A stretch of 64,000 nt of DNA from an uncultured delta proteobacterium (GTDB lineage: Bacteria > Desulfobacterota > Desulfobaccia > Desulfobaccales > 0-14-0-80-60-11). The notes under the pieces are model-generated. The model saw only the letters and a list, made by a program, of their open reading frames with translations. It had not been told where the DNA came from and did not search any database. The position numbers were made by a program, and so were the translations under genes. This document shows positions 18,419 to 28,820 of this stretch, piece by piece (the stretch's first letter is position 1; every line of letters begins with the position of its first letter). The stretch spans positions 896,001 through 960,000 of the forward strand of contig CAWETI010000003.1 of the NCBI GenBank assembly GCA_963812015.1, given 5' to 3'.

Positions 18419-19354
18419 TTACAGCCAGCGGAACAGCTTCTCCCGCCGGTCCAAGCGGGTCAGCCCCGCCTCCCGGGCCAGGCGTTGGGCCTCGACGTGC
18501 TCTTCCCCGGTGAGGAATTTTCGTAAGGCCGGATGCTCCCCGGCCCGGCCGCAGGGCCGGTACTGTCCCATGACATTGACGTAGGTGTTGGGGGAAATCT
18601 CCCGGGCCAAAAATTCCATGACCTCTTTGGTGCCGGCCAGGGCGTCGGGGAGCACCAGGTGGCGCACCAACAGGCCCCGCCGGGCCACGCCGGCCTCGTC
18701 CATCGTAAGGTCCCCCACCTGGCGGTGCATCTCTTTGAGGGCCAGGCGGGCCACCTCGGGGTAGTCCTCCGCCTGGGTTAAATCTTTGGCCACCTGGGGG
18801 TCCCAAAACTTGAAATCGGGCATGTATATATCCACCACCCCATCCAGGAGGCGCAGGGTCTCCAAGGCGTCGTAGCCGCCGGTGTTGTAGACCAAGGGGA
18901 CATGGAGCTCGCCCTGAATGGCCAGGGGCAGGGCAGTAAGAATCTGGTAGACCTGGTGGCTGGGGGTGACGAAATTAATGTTGTGGCAGCCCCGCTTCTG
19001 GAGAATGAGCATCATGGCGGCTAAATCTGCGACGCTGATCTCCTCCCCCTCCCCCCCGTGGCTGATCTCATAGTTCTGACAGAAGATGCAGTAGAGGTTG
19101 CAGTGGGTAAAGAAGATGGTGCCGGAGCCGTGGCTTCCCACCAGGGGGTCTTCTTCGCCGAAATGGGCGGAGTAGGATGACACCACGGGCAGATCGCCGG
19201 TGCGGCAGAGCCCCAATTCCCCGTGATGCCGGTCCACCAGACAGTTCCGGGGACAGAGATTACACTGGCTCAGAATGTCATAAGCCGTGGCAATCTTCGC
19301 CTTGAGCAACCCCCGGTGATGCGTCTCTAAATAGACCGGCTCCCATGCCTTCAT
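18419..19354 (-). CDS. Radical SAM protein, PflX-like
   Basis: CNLCPRNC, HFGEE, CNLYCIFCQN CxxxCxxC, MGQYRP. Confidence 0.88.
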   Translation of the reverse strand: MKAWEPVYLETHHRGLLKAKIATAYDILSQCNLCPRNCLVDRHHGELGLCRTGDLPVVSSYSAHFGEEDPLVGSHGSGTIFFTHCNLYCIFCQNYEISHGGEGEEISVADLAAMMLILQKRGCHNINFVTPSHQVYQILTALPLAIQGELHVPLVYNTGGYDALETLRLLDGVVDIYMPDFKFWDPQVAKDLTQAEDYPEVARLALKEMHRQVGDLTMDEAGVARRGLLVRHLVLPDALAGTKEVMEFLAREISPNTYVNVMGQYRPCGRAGEHPALRKFLTGEEHVEAQRLAREAGLTRLDRREKLFRWL

Positions 19355-19436
19355 GGCGGCTATCCTCGTTGGTATTTTGGGGGAGGGCGGGGGATTTTTC
19401 GTAAGGGCATCCCCCGGCCCTCCCCTCAAAACAATC

Positions 19437-21398
19437 TCACCACTCCTCCACCTCGGCCCGCCAGGGTTCCAGGAGGGTCCGGGGGAGGTCGGCGATGAAC
19501 CGGGAGGGCGAATTGACGGTCATGCCGAATTGTCTACTATAGCCGATACTGGGGAAAATAACCGCCAGATAGTTCCGGGCCCGCGTTGCGGCCACGTACA
19601 TGAGGCGGCGCTCCTCCTCCATTTCCTCGTCCCCTTCCTGGGAGTAAAAGCCCGGGAAGCGGCCTTCCGCGGCCCAAATGATAAACACAGCGTCCCATTC
19701 GAGGCCCTTGGCGGAGTGCACCGTGGACAGGGTCAGGTATGCATCGGTGGGCGTGACCACATCCGCCAGGCTGCTGGGGGGCTCCAGGGTCAGGTCATTC
19801 AGGAAAGTCTGAAGCTCCTTATAACGGGCGGTGATGGTCAGGAGGTGTTCCAGGTCCTTCATGCGTTTAGGGTAGTCATCATAGCGGGCCTTGGCCAGGG
19901 GTTCGTAATAGGCCAGGGTATGGTTCATGCGGGTCATCAGGGTCTGGCCGGAAGCGTTGAGGGCTTCCAGTAGGTCGGCCAGGTCCTTTAACTCTGTGGA
20001 ACGGCGTTGATGCCGCAGCCATTTCACCCCGGCCGTGAGATCAAAGCCGCCCTGGACCTGGGCGTTGAACTTGTTGCAGGTTTGCCGTCCCACCCCCGGG
20101 AGCAGGAGGAGCAGCCGGGTCCAGCTCATGGTATCTTTGGGGTTGGCCACCACCTTCAGGTGGGCCAGGAGATCCTTGATGTGGGCGCTTTCCATGAATT
20201 TAAAGCCCCCGAACTTCATGAAGGGGAGGCCGGCGCGCACCAGTTCGATTTCCAGGTCGAAGGAATGGTAGCCGGCCCGGATGAGGACCGCGATCTGGTT
20301 TAAGGGCGTGCCCTGCTCCAGCAGGTCCTGCACCTGGGCCACCACCAGCCTGGACTGCTCGTTTTCCGTGGCGGCCCGGAAGAGGCGGGGGCGCGTGCCG
20401 TCGGCCCGGCGGGTGAACAGACATTTGGTGTATTTGTCCCGGGCCCCGGCGATGATGGCGTTGGCCAGGTCCAGGATGGGCTGGGTGCTGCGGTAATTCT
20501 CTTCCAGTTTGATGATCCGGGTGCCGGGGAACAGGTTGGGGAAATCCATGATGTTCCGGAAGTTGGCCCCCCGAAAGGAATAAATGGACTGGGAGTCGTC
20601 GCCCACGGCCATGACGTTCTTATGGGAGTAGGCCAGGAGCTGCACCAGTTCGGCCTGGAGGCGGTTGGTGTCCTGGTATTCGTCCACCATCAGGTAGCGG
20701 AAGCGTTGGGACAGGTGGCGGCGCACGTCTTCGTGCTCGGTCAGGAGGCGCCGGCCCTCCAGGAGCAGGTCGTCATAGTCCAGCAAGGCGTGGCGGCGCT
20801 TTTCGTCCTGGTAGGCCGCGGCCATTTTGGCCAGGTGGTCCCGCTGCTCCAGGAACTGGGAGTAGTCCCGGGAGAGCAGAAAATCCAGGGACAAGTCCTT
20901 ATTGACCACCGCGCCCAGGATCTCGGCTATGGTCTCTTTCCGGGGAAACGGCCCGGAGAGCTTTTTAAAGCCCAGGCGCTCCTTGAGCAGGTTAAGGAGA
21001 TCGCCCTGGTCGGCGCGGTCCATGACCGTAAAGCCTTTGGGATAACCCAGGCGCTCGCCGTACTGGCGGAGCCAGAGGTAACAGATGCCGTGAAAGGTGC
21101 CCCCCACCACCTGGCCCAGGGCCTGGTTCAACAGATGCACCGCCCGGGTCAGCATTTCCCGGGAGGCCTTGCGGGTAAAGGTGAGGAGCAGGATGGCCCC
21201 GGGGTCCACCCCGTGCTCCACCAGATAGGCCAGGCGGTAGACCAGGGTGCGGGTCTTGCCGCTGCCGGCCCCGGCGATGACCAGGATGGGCCCCTCCAGG
21301 GTGGTCACCGCCTCATACTGGGCCGGATTGAGCTCTTTTTGGTAATCAATCCGGGGCGCCGGGGGATCGTGAGGTTCTGGTTTGAATATGTAGGGCAT
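19437..21398 (-). CDS. UvrD/PcrA-family ATP-dependent DNA helicase
   Basis: AGAGSGKT, DEYQD, VGDDSQSIYSFRGA, ENYRS, TVHSAKGLEW, EERRLMYVA. Confidence 0.92.
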   Translation of the reverse strand: MPYIFKPEPHDPPAPRIDYQKELNPAQYEAVTTLEGPILVIAGAGSGKTRTLVYRLAYLVEHGVDPGAILLLTFTRKASREMLTRAVHLLNQALGQVVGGTFHGICYLWLRQYGERLGYPKGFTVMDRADQGDLLNLLKERLGFKKLSGPFPRKETIAEILGAVVNKDLSLDFLLSRDYSQFLEQRDHLAKMAAAYQDEKRRHALLDYDDLLLEGRRLLTEHEDVRRHLSQRFRYLMVDEYQDTNRLQAELVQLLAYSHKNVMAVGDDSQSIYSFRGANFRNIMDFPNLFPGTRIIKLEENYRSTQPILDLANAIIAGARDKYTKCLFTRRADGTRPRLFRAATENEQSRLVVAQVQDLLEQGTPLNQIAVLIRAGYHSFDLEIELVRAGLPFMKFGGFKFMESAHIKDLLAHLKVVANPKDTMSWTRLLLLLPGVGRQTCNKFNAQVQGGFDLTAGVKWLRHQRRSTELKDLADLLEALNASGQTLMTRMNHTLAYYEPLAKARYDDYPKRMKDLEHLLTITARYKELQTFLNDLTLEPPSSLADVVTPTDAYLTLSTVHSAKGLEWDAVFIIWAAEGRFPGFYSQEGDEEMEEERRLMYVAATRARNYLAVIFPSIGYSRQFGMTVNSPSRFIADLPRTLLEPWRAEVEEW

Positions 21399-21557
21399 AT
21401 TTTTGATTTGGGGGAGGGAGCTATGGGCTTTTTCGCAAGTGGCCCCTACCCCTTCCCCCAAAACCCCATCCCCAACCCCTTACAGGGGGCTGGGAGGGGA
21501 GCTTGAGGGGAGGGCGGGGGATTCTTCGTAAGGGCGTCCCCCGGTCCTCCCCTCATC

Positions 21558-23069
21558 TCATCCTTTCTTAAAATAATCAACAATCGCCGCGGCCAGGGCC
21601 GCGATGGTGAACGAGTCCGGCTCGATCTGGGGCGTGAGGCCGTATTCGTTCAGGGTGGCCGTGGTGATGGGGCCGATGGAGGCCACGGTGGCCCCGGTGG
21701 CCAGTTTCTGAAAGGCATTTTTGCCCAGCAGCCCGGCGAAGTTGTGGACCGTGCTCGAGCTGGTGAAGGTGAGGATATCCACCCGGCCCGCCGCAAGCAA
21801 CTCGGCGGCCTCCGGCGGAACGGTCCGGGGCGGCAGGGCCCGATACACCGGCACCACCTCGACCTCGGCCCCAAGTCGGGTCAGGCCCTGGGGCAGGACG
21901 TCCCGGGCCTGCTCGGCCCGGGCCAGGAGGATTTTGGCCCCAGGAGTGATCTGCGGCGTTAAAACCTCCAGCAACCCCTCCGCCTGGAAGGTGTTGGGCA
22001 CCACATCCGCCACCAGGCCGTAGTCTTTCAAAGCCTGGGCCGTGGCCGGGCCGATGGCCGCGAGCTGAGCGCCTCCCAGCGTCCGGACATCCCGGCCTTG
22101 ATGGAAGAGCCGGTCCATAAAGGCGCGCACTCCGTTGGCGCTGGTGAAGATGACCCAGGCAAACCGGGGGAGATTTTGCAAGGCCGCGTCCAGGGGGGCG
22201 AAATCGGCGGGGGGCGCGATCTCGATGGTGGGAACTTCCAGGCACTGGGCCCCGGCGGCGCTGAGCCTGGCCACCAGGTGGCTGGCCTGGTCCCGGGACC
22301 GGGTCACCACCACGGTTTTGCCCCACAGGGGCCGGTTTTCCCACCAAGTGAGGGGACCGGCCAATTCCACCACGCCGCCCACCACCAGCACCGCCGGGGG
22401 CTTGATGTCGGCCTCGCGAGCCCGGGCCGCGACGGTGGCCAGGGTCCCCACCACGGTGCGCTGAGCCAGGGTGGTGCCCGATTGAATCACCGCCGCCGGG
22501 GTTTCCGCAGCCCGGCCCGCGTCGATGAGGCGGAGGCAGTTTTCCGCCAGATTTTTCACCCCCATGAGGAAGACCAGGGTGCCGGGGTTTTGCCCCAGGG
22601 CGGCCCAGGGAATGGTGCTGGCTTCCTTGGTGGGGTCTTCGTGGCCGGTGATGAAGGTCACCAGGGTGGTGTAGCGCCGGTGGGTCACCGGGATGCCGGC
22701 GTAGGCCGGCACCGCCACCGCCGAGGTCACCCCGGGCACCACTTCAAAGGGGATACCGGCCGCGGCCAGCTCTTCGGCTTCCTCGCCGCCCCGGCCGAAG
22801 ACAAAGGGGTCGCCCCCCTTGAGGCGCACCACCGTGAGGCCGGCCCGGGCCTTGGCCACCAACAGTTCGTTGATGCCCCCCTGGGGCACCGCGTGGGCTC
22901 CGGCCTTCTTGCCCACATAGAGGATTTCGGCCCCCGGGGGGGCTTCCTGGAGGAGCGCCGGGCTGGCCAACTGATCATAGACCACGACGTCGGCCCGGCG
23001 TAACAATTCCAGGCCCTTCACCGTGATCAATCCCGGGTCTCCGGGCCCGGCGCCAACCAAGTAAACCAT
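21558..23069 (-). CDS. cobA: Uroporphyrinogen-III C-methyltransferase / synthase fusion (CobA/HemD)
   Basis: GAGPGDPGL, RLKGGDPFVFGRGGEE; HemD FTSANGV, FTSSSTV. Confidence 0.93.
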   Translation of the reverse strand: MVYLVGAGPGDPGLITVKGLELLRRADVVVYDQLASPALLQEAPPGAEILYVGKKAGAHAVPQGGINELLVAKARAGLTVVRLKGGDPFVFGRGGEEAEELAAAGIPFEVVPGVTSAVAVPAYAGIPVTHRRYTTLVTFITGHEDPTKEASTIPWAALGQNPGTLVFLMGVKNLAENCLRLIDAGRAAETPAAVIQSGTTLAQRTVVGTLATVAARAREADIKPPAVLVVGGVVELAGPLTWWENRPLWGKTVVVTRSRDQASHLVARLSAAGAQCLEVPTIEIAPPADFAPLDAALQNLPRFAWVIFTSANGVRAFMDRLFHQGRDVRTLGGAQLAAIGPATAQALKDYGLVADVVPNTFQAEGLLEVLTPQITPGAKILLARAEQARDVLPQGLTRLGAEVEVVPVYRALPPRTVPPEAAELLAAGRVDILTFTSSSTVHNFAGLLGKNAFQKLATGATVASIGPITTATLNEYGLTPQIEPDSFTIAALAAAIVDYFKKG

Positions 23070-23247
23070 AAATTTATCTTAACATAATTTTTGCGGGGCT
23101 GGGACTTCGTCCCGCCCCGCAAGATACAAGATAAAAGAAAAAGGTAAATTGAGGGGAGGACCGGGGGAAGTCAATTCCCCCGCCCTCCCCTCAAACTCCC
23201 CTCCCAACCCCCTGCAAGGGGGAAACCGGGACCTATAGCCTCGCTTC

Positions 23248-23826
23248 TTAATGACAGCTCTGGCAGCCCCGGCGCGTTTCGATGCCGTCCACCACGCCGC
23301 GGTATTTTTCGTGGATCAGCAAACGGTCGAACTCCTGCATCCGGGCCAGCAAATCGGCCTGCTCGGCCTCGCTGAAATAGGCCATGCAGGGGATAAAGAA
23401 GTGTTTGTCTTCTTTGTCGATGTGCCGGGGATAGAACTCCACCAGCTTTCCCATGTGCTTCATGAGGTCGTTAAGCGCCCCGGGCTGTTCCAGGAGATAC
23501 CCTGCTTTGGCTTTGACCAGGCCGGCAGTGGTTTCCCGGGCCCAGGCATGTTCTTTAATCAAGTCAGCCATGGTCTGCCGGTGTTCCGGGGACAGGTCTT
23601 TAGCCGCCAGGGCCTTGAACAGGAGGTCTTCCTCCTTGCCGTGGTGGCAGCGGTCGGCATAGGTATGGATGAAATCCACCGCGGTGTCGATGAACACCGG
23701 GTCCACAAAGGCGAAGGCCGCGTCCACGGCGATGTTATCCTTGATCCGCTGGAATTCCCGCTGCATCTGGTTGAGCATGCGCTCGATCAGACGGTGTTCG
23801 ATCATCAAAGGGCCGATGGGTTGCAT
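23248..23826 (-). CDS. Hemerythrin domain protein
   Basis: EHRLI, HHGKEED, EH, HIDKED motifs. Confidence 0.85.
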   Translation of the reverse strand: MQPIGPLMIEHRLIERMLNQMQREFQRIKDNIAVDAAFAFVDPVFIDTAVDFIHTYADRCHHGKEEDLLFKALAAKDLSPEHRQTMADLIKEHAWARETTAGLVKAKAGYLLEQPGALNDLMKHMGKLVEFYPRHIDKEDKHFFIPCMAYFSEAEQADLLARMQEFDRLLIHEKYRGVVDGIETRRGCQSCH

Positions 23827-23925
23827 TATCTGAATTCCTCTTTTTCTGGTGGGCAGTGCCCACCCTACATTTAGCCGCCGATGAACGCCGATCCACGCGG
23901 ATAAAAATCTGCGTTTATCGGCGGT

Positions 23926-25044
23926 TTAGACTTTCACCAGCTCGTAGGCCCGGGTCCCCAGGCCCAGGGATTCGGCGTATGCCAACTGGATGGGCCAGTC
24001 AACCTGGGGGTAGATCTCCTTGAACTTGTCGGCCCCGGGGCTCAGGTCCTGGAGGCAGGAGCCGGCCAGCCCCGGGCTGGCCAGCACCAGGTCGGCGCTG
24101 GCCTGGTCGATGGCCACCGGGTCCCGGGAGGCCAGGATGCCGATGTCCCCCACGATGGGCAGGTCGTTGTGGCCGTAGCAGTCGCAGGCGGGGGAGACCT
24201 GGGTGATGAAGTTGACGAACACGCTCCGGTCGCGCTTGGTGGTCATGACACCGTAAGCGTATTCCATCATCTTCTGCAAAAAGACCGGGATGGATTCGTT
24301 CCACTGAATCTGGATGTTGCCGTAGGGGCAGACCAGGATGCATTCGGCGCAGCCCACGCATTCGGAGGGGTCAATGACCGCCTTTTCCGTCTCGGGGTTG
24401 ATGCCGATGGCCTCCTGGGCGCAATGGGCGATGCACTCGCCGCAGCCGGTACATTTTTTGGCGTTCACCGCCGGGGCGATGTTGGAGTGCTGGGAGAGCT
24501 TGCCTTTCCGGGAGGCGCAGCCCATGCCCAGGTTCTTCAGGGCGCCGCCGAAGCCCGAGAGTTCGTGCAGCTTGAAGTGGCTCAAGGTCACCAGGGCTTC
24601 GGCTTCAACGATGGCCTCGGCCAAATAGACGGACTTGAACTGCTCTTTATTGATCTTCACCTCCACTTCCGCCTTGCCGGTGAGGCCGTCGGCAATAACC
24701 AGGGGCGCCCGCACCACCGCGTAGGCAAAGCCGTTTTCGATGGCGGTGGTGAGATGGCTGACGGACTCGCTCCGGGTGCCCACGTACACGGTGTTGGCGT
24801 CGGTGAGGAAGGGGCGGCCCCCCAGGTCCCAGAGCTTGTCCACCACCTGGCGCACATAGAGGGGCCGGATGAAGGCGGCGTTGCCCTTCTCGCCGAAATG
24901 GAGCTTCACCGCCACCAGGGGGCGCTTTTTGCGGCGGTGGATGATGGTCTTGATGTCCAGGGCGTCCAGGAGCCGCTGGAACTTCTTAAAATTGGGCTCC
25001 TTGGCGGAGGCCCGGAGATCCATCATAAAAACCTGACTGGGCAT
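23926..25044 (-). CDS. DUF362 protein with 2x[4Fe-4S] ferredoxin domain
   Basis: KLHFGE, HFKLH, GGALKNLGMG, two CxxCxxCxxxC, SPACDC. Confidence 0.88.
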   Translation of the reverse strand: MPSQVFMMDLRASAKEPNFKKFQRLLDALDIKTIIHRRKKRPLVAVKLHFGEKGNAAFIRPLYVRQVVDKLWDLGGRPFLTDANTVYVGTRSESVSHLTTAIENGFAYAVVRAPLVIADGLTGKAEVEVKINKEQFKSVYLAEAIVEAEALVTLSHFKLHELSGFGGALKNLGMGCASRKGKLSQHSNIAPAVNAKKCTGCGECIAHCAQEAIGINPETEKAVIDPSECVGCAECILVCPYGNIQIQWNESIPVFLQKMMEYAYGVMTTKRDRSVFVNFITQVSPACDCYGHNDLPIVGDIGILASRDPVAIDQASADLVLASPGLAGSCLQDLSPGADKFKEIYPQVDWPIQLAYAESLGLGTRAYELVKV

Positions 25045-25083
25045 GGCGTCCTCAAGTTCATTGGTTAGTTAGTTGTATTGACA

Positions 25084-25200
25084 TCATTGTCCAACGAGTT
25101 TATTGCCAACCAAGGTATAGGTGACAATCTTTTTTACCGTAGGGCAGCAGGCCGGATCGTTGGGGCCATGGGTCACCATGTCAATGATAATCTTCCCTGA
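25084..25200 (-). pseudogene. 3' remnant of a gene with a DPxCCP motif (LppP/LprE-like lipoprotein C-terminus)
   Basis: Hand translation SGKIIIDMVTHGPNDPACCPTVKKIVTYTLVGNKLVGQ*; 5' part replaced by the AT-rich NACHT gene. Confidence 0.55.
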
Positions 25201-25218
25201 TCTCTATAAGGGAATTTT

Positions 25219-27489
25219 TTAATTAATGTCATTGAGTTTCCTAATAATGGGGTCTTGTGAACTAATAGGCGCTGAAATAATTTGGCGAACTCTTGAATAA
25301 TTTCTTCTAACTGGCAACCATATTGGCTCAGTTGATGATTCACTCTGAATTGCAAGTTCATCTTGCCTAAGAATATTTAAAACATTTTCCACATATCTCT
25401 TTTCTCTATGGTCAAGGCCTCTAAAAAGAGCTGATTGCCTTCGTCCGGAACCCGCTTGAAGATATAATTTTCTTAGGATAGATAACGCAACTTTTAATGG
25501 ATTAGGAAGAGAAGAATCAAGTATTTCTTTGGTAGTGGCCATTTCTTCGCTAAATTCTTCAAATTCGCATTGATCATCAAATATTTCTTTGGGCAAGTCA
25601 CTTTTTGATACTCTCCCAATAATTGTACCTATTAAGCAAGATTGGAAATTAGGACAATATTGTGGCTTAATTTCTGAATCAATTTCTATTTGTTGAAATA
25701 CACATTCCCTAAATGTTATTCCTGAAAAATTTCCAATATTTCTATCTAAGAAAATATTCTCAATCAATATATCATCTAAAATTAAATTATGACCCCAATA
25801 AGTCTCTCCCATCTCTAAGAGAATTTGAACTAAATCTGAAGCTAAATAAGTAGCTTGCAATTTTTCGTCCGCATGCCAAGCAGCGTTAGAAATTTGCTTT
25901 GATGTATAAGCAACTTGTCGACATTTTCTTGCTGCCAAGTCTCTACCTAATTGACCAATAGCGCATTGCCATTTATTAAAGGGCAAATATATTTCTTCAT
26001 AGGGAGCCCTGATATAATTAATCAAATCACCAACTCTTGCGATATCAACCATATCACGATCGATAAAATACCGTGAACCATCCTCGGGGTCAGAAACAGC
26101 AAGCCCTGGCAACCGTTGAAGCAGTATAAGAGCTTGCTCATCAGGTTCATAACCAGAAACTTCACGAAAGGTTTCAGCAATCTCTCCAGGACTAAGTGGC
26201 CCTATTCCTTGAAAATAATTCCGAGCCCTTGATGCTAGCCTTTCGATGACTTTTCTTACGCTATCTCCGCTTATCCCAACGTCAATGGCAGCTTCTCGTT
26301 CGCAAACCCTCTCTAATATAATGTCCCATCCCTCGGCAGGGGTCAATTTGGGATCATCACCAATTGTCTGCTGCAAAACGCCTTTTGCAGCAAGGTAACC
26401 TATTAAAAGAGGCCTGCATGGTAACCACAAGGGTATTTCTCCCTTCCATCCCCTTTTCTCAAGATATGCTGCAACTTGATCTTCTGTAAAATCACTCAAA
26501 CTTAAGCAATTAACTTCTCCTTGAAATCCTATTGACCGCCTTAATTCTTTTTCATGATCAAAGTAATGAGCTCGTCCAGCTATAATTAAACCCACATAAG
26601 CTGGTGTATCAGCCACAAATTCTCGAATTAATCCCATTGATTGATAACGCAAATCCTTAAGCCTTTTAGGGATGCCTGTCCATCCAGGAGACCCAAGTTC
26701 ATCAAAACCATCTAATAATAATATCGCATATCCTGCGCGCCAAGCCCTCACCAAATGATGAGGCTGGGGGTAGCCTATGTTCCTGGCATGTCTCTCCAAA
26801 GCTTCTGCAGCATTCCTTTGACCATGGTGATCACGCAAGTTAAGCAATATGGGGAAGATATATGTTCTATTGTTTAAATAATCCGACCTGAGGGCAAAAA
26901 ATATCTCACGTAATGTTGTGCTTTTCCCTGCCCCATAATCACCTATAAGAATTAATCTTCTACCATTTTGAAGTTGGCTAGAAATATTGTCCAAAGACCA
27001 TAAATTACCTGATTCATCACAAAGATCCATAGAAACATAATTAGTTCTTTTGTCAGCATTTCCTGTTTCCGGATCTCTGGCGCTGCCGAAGGGATAATCC
27101 TTTCTAGACATCAAATAATGTTTAGCATCTATAAGTTTAGAACGAAAAACATCATATGAAACTGCCGCAATATCATGACCATAAGACCTAATAGTAGATC
27201 GCTGGTCCGCAGTTGGTTCATGCTTTGTTACAAACCATCCTTTCGCTGCTTTATCTGGAAATATTCTTCGAATTTTTGGTAAAACTTTTGAGAGTTTTTT
27301 CCCATCATCAGTTGCTTTTTGTTGACTTCTTGATATGGTACATTCTATAGCATGAACACATTCTTCCGAAATAAATATCCCATCACGTTCTTGACCATCG
27401 ATTTTAACTGCTCCAGCTCCTATGTCTTTTGGCCATAGCAGACGAGCTACTTTGCGAACTTCTTCTTCGAATTCTCTGCCTTCATCCAT
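25219..27489 (-). CDS. NACHT (STAND) NTPase with N-terminal PD-(D/E)XK-like nuclease domain
   Basis: FEEEV...ERDG...IECT N-terminus; Walker A GDYGAGKST; Walker B LLLDGFDE; AT-rich. Confidence 0.8.
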   Translation of the reverse strand: MDEGREFEEEVRKVARLLWPKDIGAGAVKIDGQERDGIFISEECVHAIECTISRSQQKATDDGKKLSKVLPKIRRIFPDKAAKGWFVTKHEPTADQRSTIRSYGHDIAAVSYDVFRSKLIDAKHYLMSRKDYPFGSARDPETGNADKRTNYVSMDLCDESGNLWSLDNISSQLQNGRRLILIGDYGAGKSTTLREIFFALRSDYLNNRTYIFPILLNLRDHHGQRNAAEALERHARNIGYPQPHHLVRAWRAGYAILLLDGFDELGSPGWTGIPKRLKDLRYQSMGLIREFVADTPAYVGLIIAGRAHYFDHEKELRRSIGFQGEVNCLSLSDFTEDQVAAYLEKRGWKGEIPLWLPCRPLLIGYLAAKGVLQQTIGDDPKLTPAEGWDIILERVCEREAAIDVGISGDSVRKVIERLASRARNYFQGIGPLSPGEIAETFREVSGYEPDEQALILLQRLPGLAVSDPEDGSRYFIDRDMVDIARVGDLINYIRAPYEEIYLPFNKWQCAIGQLGRDLAARKCRQVAYTSKQISNAAWHADEKLQATYLASDLVQILLEMGETYWGHNLILDDILIENIFLDRNIGNFSGITFRECVFQQIEIDSEIKPQYCPNFQSCLIGTIIGRVSKSDLPKEIFDDQCEFEEFSEEMATTKEILDSSLPNPLKVALSILRKLYLQAGSGRRQSALFRGLDHREKRYVENVLNILRQDELAIQSESSTEPIWLPVRRNYSRVRQIISAPISSQDPIIRKLNDIN

Positions 27490-27524
27490 ATACTGACTCC
27501 CCTATTGAAAACATTAACCCTTAA

Positions 27525-28820
27525 TTAAATATTTGAAGGGAAGTTCTCCTCCCAGACCACCTTTCCTCCCACAATAGTCATCACGGCCTTGCCCTGCAAG
27601 GTCCAGCCGTGGAAAGGGCAGTTGCGGCTTTTGCTGGCGAAGGTGTTGGCGTCCACGGTCCATTCCCGGTTGAGGTCCATGAGGGTGACATCCGCCGGGG
27701 AGCCGATGGTGAGGGAGCCACCCGGGATATTCAGGATGCGGGCCGGGTTGAGGCTCATTTTGGCCACCAGTTGGCTGAGGCTGAGGACCCCGTCGTGCAC
27801 CAGTTTGAGGCTGAGGCCCAGGGAGGTTTCCAGGCCGATGAGGCCGAAGGCCGCGGCCTGGAACTCCAGGTCTTTTTCCAGGGAGGTGTGGGGGGCATGG
27901 TCGCAGGCGATGGCGTCCAGGGCGCCGTCGGCCAGGGCTTCTTTGATGGCGGCGACGTCGGCGGCGGTGCGCAGCGGCGGGTTGACCTTGGCGTTGGTGT
28001 CGTAGCCCATAACCGCCTCATCAGTCAGGGAAAAATAGTGGGGGGCGGTCTCGGCGGTGACGGTGAGGCCCGCGGCCTTGGCGGTGCGGATTAGGGCCAG
28101 GCTGCCCAAGGTGCTGACGTGGGCGATGTGGAGGCGGCCGCCGGTGAGTTGGAGCAGGGCCAGGTCCCGGAAGATCATGGACTCTTCGGCCGCGGCCGGG
28201 ATGCCCCGGAGGCCCAGTTCCAGGGAGACCCGGCCTTCGTGCATCACCCCGTCGGCCCTGAGGTCCAGGTCTTCTTCGTGGACGATGAGGGGGACATTGA
28301 AGGTCCGGGCGTACTCCAGGGCCCGGCGCATGAGCATGGGGTGCATCACCGGATGGCCGTCGTCGGAGAAGGCCACCGCCCCGGCCGCCTTCTGGTCGCC
28401 GTATTCACTCAGGGTCTGGCCCAGGGAGCCCTTGGAGATGGCCCCCACCGGGTAGACCCGGGCGAGCCCCGCGGCCCCGGCGGCCTCGAGAATGAAGCGG
28501 GTGATGGTGGTGTTGTCGTTCACCGGGCGGGTGTTGGGCATGGCGGCCACCGCGGTGAAGCCGCCGGCCACCGCGGCCCGGGTCCCCGTCAGGATGGTCT
28601 CCTTGTACTCTTCCCCCGGCTCCCGCAGATGGACGTGCATGTCGATGAGACCCGGGGTCACCACCAGGTTGTGGGCGGCGATCACCCGGCGGCCGTCGCC
28701 GGAGATGGTTCCGGGGGGTTCCAGGGCGGCGATCCTGCCGTTTTCGATCAACAGGTCCCGGGGGGCCGCAAGATCCTGGGCGGGGTCTACCACCAGGCCG
28801 CCGGCAATCAGTAAACTCAT
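27525..28820 (-). CDS. pyrC: Dihydroorotase
   Basis: [30 protein letters not shown]. Confidence 0.95.
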   Translation of the reverse strand: MSLLIAGGLVVDPAQDLAAPRDLLIENGRIAALEPPGTISGDGRRVIAAHNLVVTPGLIDMHVHLREPGEEYKETILTGTRAAVAGGFTAVAAMPNTRPVNDNTTITRFILEAAGAAGLARVYPVGAISKGSLGQTLSEYGDQKAAGAVAFSDDGHPVMHPMLMRRALEYARTFNVPLIVHEEDLDLRADGVMHEGRVSLELGLRGIPAAAEESMIFRDLALLQLTGGRLHIAHVSTLGSLALIRTAKAAGLTVTAETAPHYFSLTDEAVMGYDTNAKVNPPLRTAADVAAIKEALADGALDAIACDHAPHTSLEKDLEFQAAAFGLIGLETSLGLSLKLVHDGVLSLSQLVAKMSLNPARILNIPGGSLTIGSPADVTLMDLNREWTVDANTFASKSRNCPFHGWTLQGKAVMTIVGGKVVWEENFPSNI

